NCBI GenBank assembly: GCA_949296475.1
Contig: CASFOK010000004.1
Span: 861 to 64,860 of the forward strand
Direction: 5' to 3'
Source: an uncultured Pseudomonadota bacterium
GTDB taxonomy: Bacteria; Pseudomonadota; Alphaproteobacteria; Rs-D84
DNA: 64,000 bases
Shown here: piece by piece, positions 46,171 through 56,511 of the stretch
How positions within the stretch are numbered: the stretch's first letter is position 1
Layout of the letters: the number at the start of each line of letters is the position of its first letter
Position numbers and translations under genes: made by a program
The notes under the pieces: generated by a model
Databases searched by the model: none
What the model was told of the DNA's origin: nothing
The model's input: only the letters and a program-made list of their open reading frames with translations

Positions 46171-47935
46171 AGAAGTTGCACGTCTTTTTGACAGAAGAAG
46201 CGCTTTGTTCTTAACAGCAGGCGCGGTTTTAACATCTGCACTTGTTTTACGTATGTTACAGATGCAACTTTTCAACTATCGTGAATATACAAAAAAAAGC
46301 GAAAACAACTCTTTCAGAATTCAAATAAATATGCCCGAACGTGGTAAAATATTATCTAATTCCGGTACGCCTATTTCCAGGGATACGTCCACATACAGAA
46401 TTTATATAATACCGGAAGAAACGGAAAACCTTGATGAATTAATCAGTATTGTTGCAAAAGAATTAAACCTGAATAATAAGCGCGTTAATAACATTTATAA
46501 AAAAATAAAAAAGCAATTAAAATTTCAACCTGTACTTGTTAGCGAAAACACAGATTGGAATAAACTGGCAAAATTACAGGCGCAAAATTTACCTGGGCTT
46601 CACGTACGAAGCGGTTTTTCAAGACTTTATGAGATGGGACCTGCCGGCGCACAAATATTTGGCTACGTAGGGGCCCCAGAAAAACCAGTAGCAAATGCAC
46701 CCTTTTTAACGACAGGTATTACCGGCCTTGAAAAAAGATATAACGATATGTTAGCGGGTACGCCCGGACAAACCGTTATGATTACAAACGCAGTAGGCAG
46801 AATAACCGGTGAAGATAAAACACAATTTAAACAACCAATAATCGGCAGCGATTTAAAAACAACTATAAACGACGACGCACAAAAGGCAATGTATGATTCT
46901 TTGATATCATATCGTTCTGGATGTGGCGTTGCTTTGGACATAGAAACTGGTGATATATTAGCAATGGTATCCGCCCCAAGTTTTGACCCTAATAAATTTG
47001 GTTCTGATGACGGCGAAGAATATATCGCATCACTGCGCGAAGATTATATGAAACCCTTTATGAATAAAAGTATAGAAGGGTTATATCCACCTGGCTCTAC
47101 ATTCAAAATAGTCGTTGCATTGGCGGCACTAGAATCTGGCGCGATAACACCAAATGAAAAAATATTCTGCCCAGGATATTGGGATTATGGCGACAGAAGA
47201 TACCATTGCTGGGAAGAAGAAGGTCATGGATGGGTTGATTTGGCTGGTGCATTAAAACATTCTTGCGATATATATTTTTATCAAGTCGCACTAAGAATAG
47301 GTATTGACTCTATTAAACAAATGGCCATTAAACTTGGGTTTACGCAAAAATATATGGATGGTATATTATCGCGTGAAATGCCGGGCGTTATACCAGACAG
47401 ATATTGGAAAGAAAAACAAATCGGTTACAGGTGGGTGCACGGCGACACGATTATATCTGGAATAGGTCAGGGTTTTACTTTAACGAACTGTTTACAGTTG
47501 GCCGTTATGATGGCACGAACTGTATCAAATAAAGTCGTTATGCCCCGTCTTATTTTAACAGAAGAAAAACCACAATTTGCGAATCTTGGTTTGAATTACA
47601 AAAATATCAAATCTGTATTAAACGGTTTGGAACAAGTAACCAAGACCGGTGGAACAGCCGCGGGAAGCGCTATCAATGTAAGCGGTGCAAAAATGGGCGG
47701 CAAAACCGGAACGTCACAAGTTCGTAGCATTTCCCGCGCAGAACGTCTTAGCGGCGTTTTGACTAACGAGCAATTAAAGTGGAATATGCGCAATCACGGT
47801 TTATTTGTCGGATACGCACCAACAAGCAAACCAAAGTACGCTGTTTGTGCAATAACAGAACATTCTGGTGGCAGCGGTCCAGCGGCACGAACAGTTGCGG
47901 CAACAATGCGCGCACTTTTAAAAAAGGATAAATAA
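46160..47935 (+). CDS. mrdA: Penicillin-binding protein 2 (elongasome transpeptidase)
   Basis: STFK, SCD and KTGT(S) motifs; 591 aa. Confidence 0.93.
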   Translation: MIDKEVARLFDRRSALFLTAGAVLTSALVLRMLQMQLFNYREYTKKSENNSFRIQINMPERGKILSNSGTPISRDTSTYRIYIIPEETENLDELISIVAKELNLNNKRVNNIYKKIKKQLKFQPVLVSENTDWNKLAKLQAQNLPGLHVRSGFSRLYEMGPAGAQIFGYVGAPEKPVANAPFLTTGITGLEKRYNDMLAGTPGQTVMITNAVGRITGEDKTQFKQPIIGSDLKTTINDDAQKAMYDSLISYRSGCGVALDIETGDILAMVSAPSFDPNKFGSDDGEEYIASLREDYMKPFMNKSIEGLYPPGSTFKIVVALAALESGAITPNEKIFCPGYWDYGDRRYHCWEEEGHGWVDLAGALKHSCDIYFYQVALRIGIDSIKQMAIKLGFTQKYMDGILSREMPGVIPDRYWKEKQIGYRWVHGDTIISGIGQGFTLTNCLQLAVMMARTVSNKVVMPRLILTEEKPQFANLGLNYKNIKSVLNGLEQVTKTGGTAAGSAINVSGAKMGGKTGTSQVRSISRAERLSGVLTNEQLKWNMRNHGLFVGYAPTSKPKYAVCAITEHSGGSGPAARTVAATMRALLKKDK

Positions 47936-49080
47936 TGGCACGCCAAACGCGCGTTTCTAATGCTAATATGATGAGTTTTTCAGAAAAACTTGGCCGTTTT
48001 TCATGGGCTTTATTTATCCCTATGTGTTTGGTTCTGGCTATTTCTATTGTTGTTTTATATTCAGCCGGCGGGGGATCTTGGTATCCCTTTGCGATGTCGC
48101 AACTTATTAAAATTTTACTCGGGTTCGGCGTATTCTTTTTTGCGGCCTTTATTAATATAAAGACATGGATAAAATCCGCATACTGGATTTATATAATCGC
48201 CTTTATAATGATTGTACTTGTAACGTTCGTCGGGCATACTGGTATGGGCGCACAACGTTGGCTTAATCTCGGTTTCTTTCATGTTCAACCATCAGAATTA
48301 ATTAAAATTGCTCTTGTTTTAGCTTTGGCGCGTTACTTTGCTTGGATGAATTCCGTAGAATTATCACAAATAAAAAATTATACCGTACCGGCAACTATGT
48401 TGTTGGTGCCGTTTTTATTAATCGTTTTACAACCGGATTTAGGTACTGCTTTATCACTTGGTATGATTACTATCGGTATGTTTTATATAGTTGGCGCGCA
48501 AAAAAAATGGTTCATCATCGCCATTATACTTGGGTTAATGGCTGCACCTTTGGTTTGGTACGGCGGTTTGCACGACTATCAACGCGACAGAATTATAACT
48601 TTCGTAAACCCAGACCACGATGCACAAGGTGCAGGATATCAAATAAACCAAGCGAAAATTGCTTTTGGCAGCGGTGGTATGTTGGGCAAAGGATATATGT
48701 CAGGAACGCAATCGCAACAATCTTTCTTACCCGAAAAACAAACCGATTTTATATTTACCATGCTTGGTGAAGAATTTGGTTTCGTAGGCGCCTTTTCGTT
48801 ACTTATGTTATATACAATCATAATAATCGTTCTGTTTTGGTGCGCAAAAACATGCAGGAATAGGTTCGGTCAACTGGTATGTTTTGGTTTTATGTTGAAC
48901 TTTTTCATTTATTATTTTATAAATATCTCTATGGTTTTAGGTTTGATGCCAACTGTTGGTGTGCCACTGCCTTTGATGTCTTTTGGTGGCAGCAGTCTTT
49001 TATCGCTGATGTTTGGTTTCGGGCTATGCCAAAATGCGCACATTCATAAAGATCAACAATTGTCTGCAAAAGGAAGTTAA
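47935..49080 (+). CDS. rodA: SEDS glycosyltransferase RodA
   Basis: FtsW/RodA family, polytopic, with QPSELIK, LPEKQTDFIF and GVPLPLMSFGGSS. Confidence 0.93.
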   Translation: MARQTRVSNANMMSFSEKLGRFSWALFIPMCLVLAISIVVLYSAGGGSWYPFAMSQLIKILLGFGVFFFAAFINIKTWIKSAYWIYIIAFIMIVLVTFVGHTGMGAQRWLNLGFFHVQPSELIKIALVLALARYFAWMNSVELSQIKNYTVPATMLLVPFLLIVLQPDLGTALSLGMITIGMFYIVGAQKKWFIIAIILGLMAAPLVWYGGLHDYQRDRIITFVNPDHDAQGAGYQINQAKIAFGSGGMLGKGYMSGTQSQQSFLPEKQTDFIFTMLGEEFGFVGAFSLLMLYTIIIIVLFWCAKTCRNRFGQLVCFGFMLNFFIYYFINISMVLGLMPTVGVPLPLMSFGGSSLLSLMFGFGLCQNAHIHKDQQLSAKGS

Positions 49081-49083
49081 AAA

Positions 49084-51354
49084 ATGAATTTACTTATCGT
49101 GGAATCACCTTCAAAAGCAAAAACAATTGAAAAATACCTTGGCAGTGGCTGGCGCGTTATTGCTTCTGTTGGACATGTTCGCGATCTTGTTCCAGAAAAC
49201 GGCAGCGTTGACCCAGATAAAGATTTTGCTATGCGCTGGCAGATAATGCCCGGGAAAGAAAAGCAAATAAAACTTATTACAGATGAAATAAAAAAGGCAG
49301 ATGCCGTTTATTTGGCTTCTGACCCGGATAGAGAAGGAGAAGCCATTGCATGGCACATTCTTGATATTTTAAAATCAAAAAAGGTTTTAGATGGTAAAAA
49401 AGTTTACCGTGTTGCTTTCCATGAAATTACGAAAAAAGCCGTACAAGAAGCAATTGCACATCCGCGCGAAATAGATAACGATTTAGTTGATGCGTATCTT
49501 GTTCGTCGCGCATTAGATTATTTGATTGGTTTTAGTATATCACCGTTGCTATGGCGCAGAAATCTTGGTAAATCTGCCGGACGCGTACAATCAGTTGCTG
49601 TTAAACTGGTCGTTGATAGAGAACGCGAAATAGAAGCCTTTAAACCTGTTGAATACTGGTCTATATCTGCCGAATGCGATAAAAACGATTTCGTCTTTTC
49701 TGCCAATCTTTCTCAATTTGATTCAAAAAAAATTGAAAAGATGACACTAGAAAACAAAGCACAGGTAGACGATATTTTATCCGGAATAGGCCGCCCCATA
49801 ATAAATGCAAAAGTTATTTCTTTGGATAAAAAGAAGACTTCTCGGCGGGCGGCGGCGCCATTCACGACAAGTACGCTGCAACAAGAAGCCGCAAGAAAAC
49901 TTTATTTTTCTTCAAAACGCACTATGGCAACAGCGCAAAAATTATATGAACAGGGTATGATTACTTATATGCGTACTGATGCGACTAACTTGTCGGCAGA
50001 AGCGGTAAACGACATTCGTAACTATATTCAAAATGCGTATGGCGAAAAATTTGTTCCAAAAACACCAAATGTATATGTAACTAAATCCAAAAACGCACAG
50101 GAAGCACACGAAGCAATCAGACCAACTCACTTTGATACAAACGAACACAAACTGTCTGGTGATGAAGCAAAATTATATGATTTAATCTGGAAAAGAACAA
50201 TTGCCTGTCAAATGACGAACGCTGAATTTGATAGTGTATCCGCAGATATGGAAACGGAAAATAAACGCGCCGTTTTTCACGCTGTTGGTACAACCAGAAC
50301 TTTTGACGGCTTTATGCGTGTATACACCGAAGATAAAGATGATGCAGAAGAAAATAATGAATCTAAATTACCGCCTTTGTCTGTCGGTGATGATATCATT
50401 ATAACAAAACTGGAGCCCGAGCAGCACTTTACGCAACCACCGGCAAGATATACAGAAGCATCACTGGTAAAAAAACTGGAAGAACTCGGGATAGGGCGCC
50501 CGTCTACTTATGCAACTATTATGTCAACTATCGTAGACAGAAAATATGTCCAGCAAGATAAACAACGTAGATTTCATCCTACATCAGGCGGATGGGTTAT
50601 CGCTTCTTATCTGTCTAAATATTTTAAAGACCTGGTTGATGTAAACTTTACCGCAAAAACAGAAGACACGTTGGACGACGTGTCAAACGGAAAACAAAAA
50701 AAATTAGATGCCTTGCGGGGTTTCTGGTCTCCGACAGAAAATATGATTAATGGTGCAAAAGACGTTAAAACCGCGGAAATTATTGATGCGATAAATGAAA
50801 TGATGCACGAACATTTACTATATATTGGCAACAATAAATGTCCAAAATGCGGTGGGGATTTAGGAATTAAATTATCAAAGTTCGGGCCTTTTATAGGATG
50901 CGTAAATTATCCGAAATGTAATTATACGAAAAAACTAGATATTACAGACGCAGAAGCAGACGTCAAATCAGATGATACGAAACCCGAAAAACAAAAATCT
51001 AATTCAATAGAATTAGGTGATGGTATTTCTTTCCGTATTGGGCGTTTTGGACCTTATGTTACAGACGGTACGAAAAATGTCGCCGCAAAAAAATATACGT
51101 CTGAAACAATTACTTTGGATATAGCGAAAGAACTATTAAAAAACGAAACAAAAAAGTCTGAACCTGTTGAAATTGGTAAAAACCCTGAAACAGATAAAAT
51201 GATTTATTATTATCCAACAGGACGATATGGTGCATATATATCTTCTAATAAAGTAAATGTATCAGTGAAATCACAACCAGATTTAGAAACAGCAATAGAA
51301 CTGATAAATAACAAAAAAACGTCAACTAAATTTAAAAAGACCGTAAAAAAATAA
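49084..51354 (+). CDS. topA: DNA topoisomerase I
   Basis: TOPRIM LLIVESPSKAKTI, active-site region YMRTD, and one C4 zinc finger CPKCGG...CVNYPKC. Confidence 0.96.
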   Translation: MNLLIVESPSKAKTIEKYLGSGWRVIASVGHVRDLVPENGSVDPDKDFAMRWQIMPGKEKQIKLITDEIKKADAVYLASDPDREGEAIAWHILDILKSKKVLDGKKVYRVAFHEITKKAVQEAIAHPREIDNDLVDAYLVRRALDYLIGFSISPLLWRRNLGKSAGRVQSVAVKLVVDREREIEAFKPVEYWSISAECDKNDFVFSANLSQFDSKKIEKMTLENKAQVDDILSGIGRPIINAKVISLDKKKTSRRAAAPFTTSTLQQEAARKLYFSSKRTMATAQKLYEQGMITYMRTDATNLSAEAVNDIRNYIQNAYGEKFVPKTPNVYVTKSKNAQEAHEAIRPTHFDTNEHKLSGDEAKLYDLIWKRTIACQMTNAEFDSVSADMETENKRAVFHAVGTTRTFDGFMRVYTEDKDDAEENNESKLPPLSVGDDIIITKLEPEQHFTQPPARYTEASLVKKLEELGIGRPSTYATIMSTIVDRKYVQQDKQRRFHPTSGGWVIASYLSKYFKDLVDVNFTAKTEDTLDDVSNGKQKKLDALRGFWSPTENMINGAKDVKTAEIIDAINEMMHEHLLYIGNNKCPKCGGDLGIKLSKFGPFIGCVNYPKCNYTKKLDITDAEADVKSDDTKPEKQKSNSIELGDGISFRIGRFGPYVTDGTKNVAAKKYTSETITLDIAKELLKNETKKSEPVEIGKNPETDKMIYYYPTGRYGAYISSNKVNVSVKSQPDLETAIELINNKKTSTKFKKTVKK

Positions 51355-52973
51355 TGGCAGGATATGACCGTAATTTTACAGACGAACTTAGAACCCGTTT
51401 ATCTATCGTTGATGTAGTAGGGCGTCGCGTTCCGCTTGTTAAGAAAGGTCAAAATTATTGGGGGTGCTGTCCTTTTCATAATGAAAAAACACCCAGTTTT
51501 TCTGTAAATGAAGAAAAAGGATTTTATCATTGTTTTGGCTGCGGTGAACACGGTGACATCATTTCTTTTACCATGAAATCTAATAATATGGACTTCGTGG
51601 ATGCTTTAAAAGAATTAGCAAATCAGGCAGGTATAAAAATGCCTGAATATAAACCGAAATCGGCAGAACAAGTTGCCAGGGAAGAAAACTATTTTCAAAT
51701 AACAGAACAAGCAACACAAATTTATCAAAAAAAATTATTTGAAAGTGACGGTACAAGTGCATTGGAATATATTCGCGGACGTGGTTTTTCTGATGAAATG
51801 ATAAAAAAGTATCGTATAGGATATGCGCCTAAAAATAATTTCATAGCAAATAAATTTGTAAACATAAAACAAGAAACATTATTATCTACTGGTTTATGTA
51901 GGCGCGGTGATTATGGCATATATGACTTTTTCCGTGATAAATTAATGTTTCCTATATTCAACGTACAAGGACAAGTTGTTGCGTTTTCAGGACGTAGTAT
52001 GGACGGTTCTGAACCTAAATATATAAACACATCAGATACCGAAATGTTCCATAAAAGAAAAACTATTTTTGGATTAAATTTTGCGCGCAACGCAATTCAT
52101 CGGGCAAATAGAAGTATCGTTGTAGAAGGGCAAATTGATGCAATTCAAATGCAATCAAATGGTTTTCCTGAAACCGTTGCCCCGCTTGGTACTGCACTGA
52201 CAGAAGATCACGTTGCTATTTTATGTAAATCAAATAGAAATATTATATTCTGCTTTGACGGTGATAATGCAGGACAAAAAGCAGCAGGTAGAGCATGTGA
52301 TATAGTAATGCCGTTTTTACGCGATAATTCTGATGTACGATTTGCTTTTGTTACGGGCGGTAAAGATCCAGACGAAGTTTTAAAAAAATCTGGTGCCGAT
52401 GCCATGCGTAAAATAATAGACAATGCAACACCACTTGTTGACTTTTTATGGAAACTTACTAATGAGTCTTTTTTAGTCTCTACGCCAGGCGGACGTGCAC
52501 AGGCAGAAAAATTTTTAAAACAAAAAACCGATAAAATAACCGACATTTCTTTGCGCGCTGAATATGAACAAGAATATAATTCCAGAAAATTCAATTCTTG
52601 GCACAAATGGAAAAAATCGGATTCAAAACAAAAAAATATAGAATTACCAGAAATAGATACAATTACACAAAACACTTTGATATTCATTATAAATAAATAT
52701 CCAGAACTGGCGGAAAGGTATGCAGAATTTTTAGCAACATTGAATACAAATTTTGACGGTGATGTATCAGATATGAATTTAGATGAAAAATTGGCTGAAA
52801 AATATATCGTTTCATTAAAAATACAAAAATATATCGAATCGCTGAATATAAAAAAGAAAGAGTTATTTTCTGCATTTATTTCTGGCGATGAAAAAGCTGG
52901 CGATGAAATAAAAAATATTGACGCAGAAATTCAAAAATATACCGATAAACTGGATACAATCACAATGTTATAA
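51354..52973 (+). CDS. dnaG: DNA primase
   Basis: Zinc finger CPFHNEKTPSF..CFGCG, and TOPRIM VVEGQIDAIQ. TAATG overlap with topA. Confidence 0.94.
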   Translation: MAGYDRNFTDELRTRLSIVDVVGRRVPLVKKGQNYWGCCPFHNEKTPSFSVNEEKGFYHCFGCGEHGDIISFTMKSNNMDFVDALKELANQAGIKMPEYKPKSAEQVAREENYFQITEQATQIYQKKLFESDGTSALEYIRGRGFSDEMIKKYRIGYAPKNNFIANKFVNIKQETLLSTGLCRRGDYGIYDFFRDKLMFPIFNVQGQVVAFSGRSMDGSEPKYINTSDTEMFHKRKTIFGLNFARNAIHRANRSIVVEGQIDAIQMQSNGFPETVAPLGTALTEDHVAILCKSNRNIIFCFDGDNAGQKAAGRACDIVMPFLRDNSDVRFAFVTGGKDPDEVLKKSGADAMRKIIDNATPLVDFLWKLTNESFLVSTPGGRAQAEKFLKQKTDKITDISLRAEYEQEYNSRKFNSWHKWKKSDSKQKNIELPEIDTITQNTLIFIINKYPELAERYAEFLATLNTNFDGDVSDMNLDEKLAEKYIVSLKIQKYIESLNIKKKELFSAFISGDEKAGDEIKNIDAEIQKYTDKLDTITML

Positions 52974-52976
52974 ACC

Positions 52977-53011
52977 CCGGCCTTTTTTAACATTTTTATC
53001 AAAAAAGCCGG
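52977..53011. terminator. Bidirectional hairpin between dnaG and the GT8 gene
   Basis: CCGGC(C)TTTTTT / AAAAAAGCCGG long stem. Confidence 0.5.
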
Positions 53012-53016
53012 TATTT

Positions 53017-53907
53017 TTATTTATTTTTTTTTAACTTTTCATACATTGATATCATAAATTTAACCTTGAAATAATCTGCAAAAGGCGTTTTTTGCGCGTA
53101 ATACCAAAACAACTCAAAATGCAACATAGGACGATTATTTATTAAGTATTCAGACCACGGTTTTAATATATTAAATTGTCTTATCACCATTTGATTTTGC
53201 ATTTCTGAAAACCTATCTTTTTGAACAAATTCAAACCATTCCACATCAAAAGTAGTAGGTACTAATGCGGTATCAATCACTTTATAATTATCTGCAAATA
53301 ACATATTCATTGCATATTGATCTGGGGCCCCAGCAATTTCTTCGCCGTATTTAATACCTATTTGTTTTAACTTTTCTGTATATTTTTCCGAACGCCATTT
53401 TTTTAAATCAAATATGATTGTACTGACAGAAAAAGATAATTTCTTTTGTGAGAAATGAAGTACATCTCTGTAATATTTTAATTTATCGGTCATATAATCC
53501 GCGCCCATAAATATTTCCGGAACAACCGCCAGCGGAAAACCTTCTAAATCAATATCCCAGATTTTTTGTATATCGCCTGTAAAAATAATGTCACTATCTA
53601 GATACATTATTTTATCAATATTTTTTATCAAACTTGGGGCAAGATAACGCGACCATGCATCAAGCCCCCCTGTCCAACTTGCACAACCAGAAAACTCTTT
53701 CTTTATATCAACAAAATACCACTTAGGTTTACTAAGATGTTTATATTTACTACATATATCTTCTATTATTTTTCTATCAAGATTAGTTATGCCGTTATCT
53801 ATAATATGCAGTGTTATTTTACTGTTCGTATTTTCAGCCATACTTATAATTGCAACAGATAACCAACTGGTTATATTTTTTGACGCTGAAAATAGAACAT
53901 GTATCAT
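53017..53907 (-). CDS. Family 8 glycosyltransferase (LPS/LOS glycosyltransferase-like)
   Basis: YLDSDIIFTGD DxD motif and overall GT8 layout. Confidence 0.8.
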   Translation of the reverse strand: MIHVLFSASKNITSWLSVAIISMAENTNSKITLHIIDNGITNLDRKIIEDICSKYKHLSKPKWYFVDIKKEFSGCASWTGGLDAWSRYLAPSLIKNIDKIMYLDSDIIFTGDIQKIWDIDLEGFPLAVVPEIFMGADYMTDKLKYYRDVLHFSQKKLSFSVSTIIFDLKKWRSEKYTEKLKQIGIKYGEEIAGAPDQYAMNMLFADNYKVIDTALVPTTFDVEWFEFVQKDRFSEMQNQMVIRQFNILKPWSEYLINNRPMLHFELFWYYAQKTPFADYFKVKFMISMYEKLKKNK

Positions 53908-53918
53908 TTTTATACCCT

Positions 53919-54998
53919 TTAATTATTAAATAAGAAATGACAAATATCACCTTCTTGCATAATGTATTCTTTGCCGACAAGACGCATTTTACCGGCTTCT
54001 TTTACCGCAACTTCCCCACCAAGTGTGATAAAATCTGACGGTGATATTATCTCTGCACGAATAAACCCTTTTTCAAAATCAGTATGTATCTTTCCCGCCG
54101 CCTGCGGAGCAGTCATACCTTTCGTTATCGTCCAAGCATGTGCTTCCTTTGGACCAACCGTATAAAAAGTTTGTAACCCTAAAGTATCGTATCCAGTTCT
54201 TATAACTTTATCCAAACCGGATTCTGTTAATCCTAAATCATCAAGAAACATTTTTCTTTCTGCGGGATCAACTATTTGTGAAATTTCCATTTCTATTTTT
54301 GATGAGATTACAAGAACAGGCGCAATTTTACCAAATTTGTCACGAACTATATCTGAATACTTATTACCATTTGCCGCCGCTGATTCCTCTACATTACACA
54401 CATATATAACCGGTTTTGCCGTTAATAAATTAAACGGCGCGGTATCTACTTCTTGCATTCTGGCAGGGGTACCCGTTGCAAGCCCATCACGAATTACCTT
54501 TGCATCCGCAAGTAATTTAATAGCAACTTTATCTAAACCATGCGCTTTTTTTTCAAGGTTCTTCATCTGCTTATCAAGGCTTTCTAAATCAGCCAACATT
54601 AGTTCTGTTTCAATCGTGTCAATATCAGAAAGTGGGTCTATACGACCGTTTACATGGACTATATCATCGTTTTCAAAACATCTAACAACGTGAATTATTG
54701 CATCAGTAGATAAAATGTTACCTAAAAATTTATTACCAAGCCCTTCGCCACTTGATGCCCCCTTGACTAAACCCGCAATATCAACAATCTCCAGTTGCGT
54801 TGGTATGATTTTTTGTGACTTTGCAACTTCTGCTAACTTATGCAAGGTTATATCTGGTACAACTACGCGACCTGTATTTGGCTCAATGGTGCAAAAAGGA
54901 TAATTTTGCGCATCTGCTGCGGCGCTTTGTGTTAACGCATTAAATAATGTAGATTTACCAACGTTTGGTAATCCGACAATTCCGCAATTGAATCCCAT
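53919..54998 (-). CDS. ychF: Ribosome-binding ATPase YchF
   Basis: GIVGLPNVGKSTLFNAL, a TGS domain, and C-terminal HFLFN. Confidence 0.95.
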   Translation of the reverse strand: MGFNCGIVGLPNVGKSTLFNALTQSAAADAQNYPFCTIEPNTGRVVVPDITLHKLAEVAKSQKIIPTQLEIVDIAGLVKGASSGEGLGNKFLGNILSTDAIIHVVRCFENDDIVHVNGRIDPLSDIDTIETELMLADLESLDKQMKNLEKKAHGLDKVAIKLLADAKVIRDGLATGTPARMQEVDTAPFNLLTAKPVIYVCNVEESAAANGNKYSDIVRDKFGKIAPVLVISSKIEMEISQIVDPAERKMFLDDLGLTESGLDKVIRTGYDTLGLQTFYTVGPKEAHAWTITKGMTAPQAAGKIHTDFEKGFIRAEIISPSDFITLGGEVAVKEAGKMRLVGKEYIMQEGDICHFLFNN

Positions 54999-55026
54999 TT
55001 ATATTTCCTTTATAATATATAGCAAT

Positions 55027-55707
55027 ATGTCATACATGTGGGAAAAATTCAATATAAAAACCTTTCCAGCGGAAACTATTGTTTTCCAAGATGGATGCTT
55101 TTGTCCGGAATTATCAACCTTAAAAAGCACAAATATAGAAAAAAAATATAAATTACCAATACATATTATATACGTCGGTGAAATAGAAAATCAAAATAAC
55201 CTTGATATAAACATATCTGCAGAAAATCAAAAGGTGTTTATGAGTCTAAGAATAAAAAACAAAAAACCGGCTTTTTTAAACGTTTTTATCAAAAACACCG
55301 GTAGATTCTCTGAATTTCTAGGTCAAATAATGATAGAAAATAATAGCAATATAGATTTTAATTGCACGGCAACCCACTCACAATCAGACACAACTGTTTT
55401 CTTAAATACAAAATTATTAGCAAATAAACACTCTATTTCAAAATTATCAGGAACCGCAATTATTGATAAAAACTGTATAAACACAAAATCAAATATAACG
55501 TTTTCTGCATTAGCAGACAAAACGGCAAAATTAGAATTTACACCAGCACAAAAAATATCTTCTATCCCAGATACAGCAGACCACAGCGCTTCTATTTTTA
55601 AACCAACAGACGTACAAATACAATACCTACGTGAATCGGGGTTATCACAAAAAGAAGCAATTAATGTGATGAAAGAGTCTTTTTTAAACGATTTTTCTTT
55701 ATTTTAA
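55027..55707 (+). CDS. Orphan, truncated SufD/SufB-like protein
   Basis: The C-terminal region resembles the SufBD beta-helix end (DTADHSASIFKPTDVQIQYLRESGLSQKEAINVM). It is about half the length of SufD, and no sufBCS genes are nearby. Confidence 0.55.
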   Translation: MSYMWEKFNIKTFPAETIVFQDGCFCPELSTLKSTNIEKKYKLPIHIIYVGEIENQNNLDINISAENQKVFMSLRIKNKKPAFLNVFIKNTGRFSEFLGQIMIENNSNIDFNCTATHSQSDTTVFLNTKLLANKHSISKLSGTAIIDKNCINTKSNITFSALADKTAKLEFTPAQKISSIPDTADHSASIFKPTDVQIQYLRESGLSQKEAINVMKESFLNDFSLF

Positions 55708-55729
55708 AAAAGTCCGATTTTATCGGACC
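55705..55729 (-). terminator. rpmJ terminator
   Basis: GTCCGAT-AAA-ATCGGAC followed by T6 on the minus strand. Confidence 0.5.
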
Positions 55730-55761
55730 TTAAAAACAACCTGTACAAAGCCAGATAATAT

Positions 55762-55896
55762 TTATTTTCTTTTAAAACCCTGTTTTGCCTTTAATTTAGG
55801 ATTACTTGGGTCAATTAAAATAACTTGTTTACCACGACGAATTTGTTTTATATTACCGCGTTTTTTCCAAGCCTTTAATGAACTTAAAAATTTCAT
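55762..55896 (-). CDS. rpmJ: 50S ribosomal protein L36 (Cys-free type); absent from the ORF track because it is under 60 aa
   Basis: Hand translation gives MKFLSSLKAWKKRGNIKQIRRGKQVILIDPSNPKLKAKQGFKRK. This matches the MK.R.SLK..K.R.....RR.G.....K.NP+FKARQG pattern. Confidence 0.75.
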   Translation of the reverse strand: MKFLSSLKAWKKRGNIKQIRRGKQVILIDPSNPKLKAKQGFKRK

Positions 55897-55981
55897 ATCT
55901 AAATCCTTTTTGCTTGGTCATTATAAACGCTTTTTCTAAAAAATCAAATATTTATTAATATTTTGTTGTTTTTGTTATGCC

Positions 55982-56184
55982 TGTTAAATCTGTTAAAAAT
56001 GGTTTTTATTTACTTATTAACAAGTTTTTAACAATTTTTTCCCGGTTTTTTCAGGATTTTTGAAAAAATGTTGAAAAAATAGAAAAATAATTAATAGTTA
56101 AAAAATATAGACTTTTTTAACATTTTTAACAAAAAAATATGTTTGTTTTTTATACTTGTTGAAAACTGTTGAAATTGTTATAAT
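55982..56184 (+). promoter_or_regulatory. AT-rich control region upstream of virB3, with an array of TGTT(A/G)AAA motifs, one TTAA-N7-TTAAC box and a -10 TATAAT
   Basis: About 9 motif copies in both orientations. TTAACAAGTTTTTAAC at 56017-56032. TTGTTG-17 nt-TATAAT ends at 56184. Confidence 0.35.
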
Positions 56185-56213
56185 TTGAACAGCGAGAGAG
56201 GATTTATCTCAAA

Positions 56214-56510
56214 ATGAAGCAACAAGTGTTAAAAGCATTAGCAAATCCAGCGCGTATTTTTTACGTGCCTTATTCTGTTGCTGTTTTGAATTTTGCTGTT
56301 CAATTCATAATATTTATAATTATTTTTGTAACAGATTTAATTATAAATGGGGCAAGTTCTAATATTAATCCATTATTCTTTTTAATATCTGTGTGTATTG
56401 TTCATATAATTCTTGCCGGATTTTCAAAAAAAGAACCGCAGTTGGGACAAATCATTTCTGCAAAAATTAATTTGTTAAAAAAAAGAATACCAAGGAGATT
56501 AGCAGCATAA
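56214..56510 (+). CDS. virB3: Type IV secretion protein VirB3
   Basis: 98 aa with LKALANPARIFYVPYSVAVLNF and two TM helices. Directly precedes virB4. Confidence 0.75.
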   Translation: MKQQVLKALANPARIFYVPYSVAVLNFAVQFIIFIIIFVTDLIINGASSNINPLFFLISVCIVHIILAGFSKKEPQLGQIISAKINLLKKRIPRRLAA

Positions 56511-56511
56511 A

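Noticed and set aside
53017-53040. A10 homopolymer at the 3' end of the GT8 gene as a phase-variation tract
   Set aside because: Slippage would only alter the last three or four codons (…KLKKNK), so it cannot switch the enzyme on or off.
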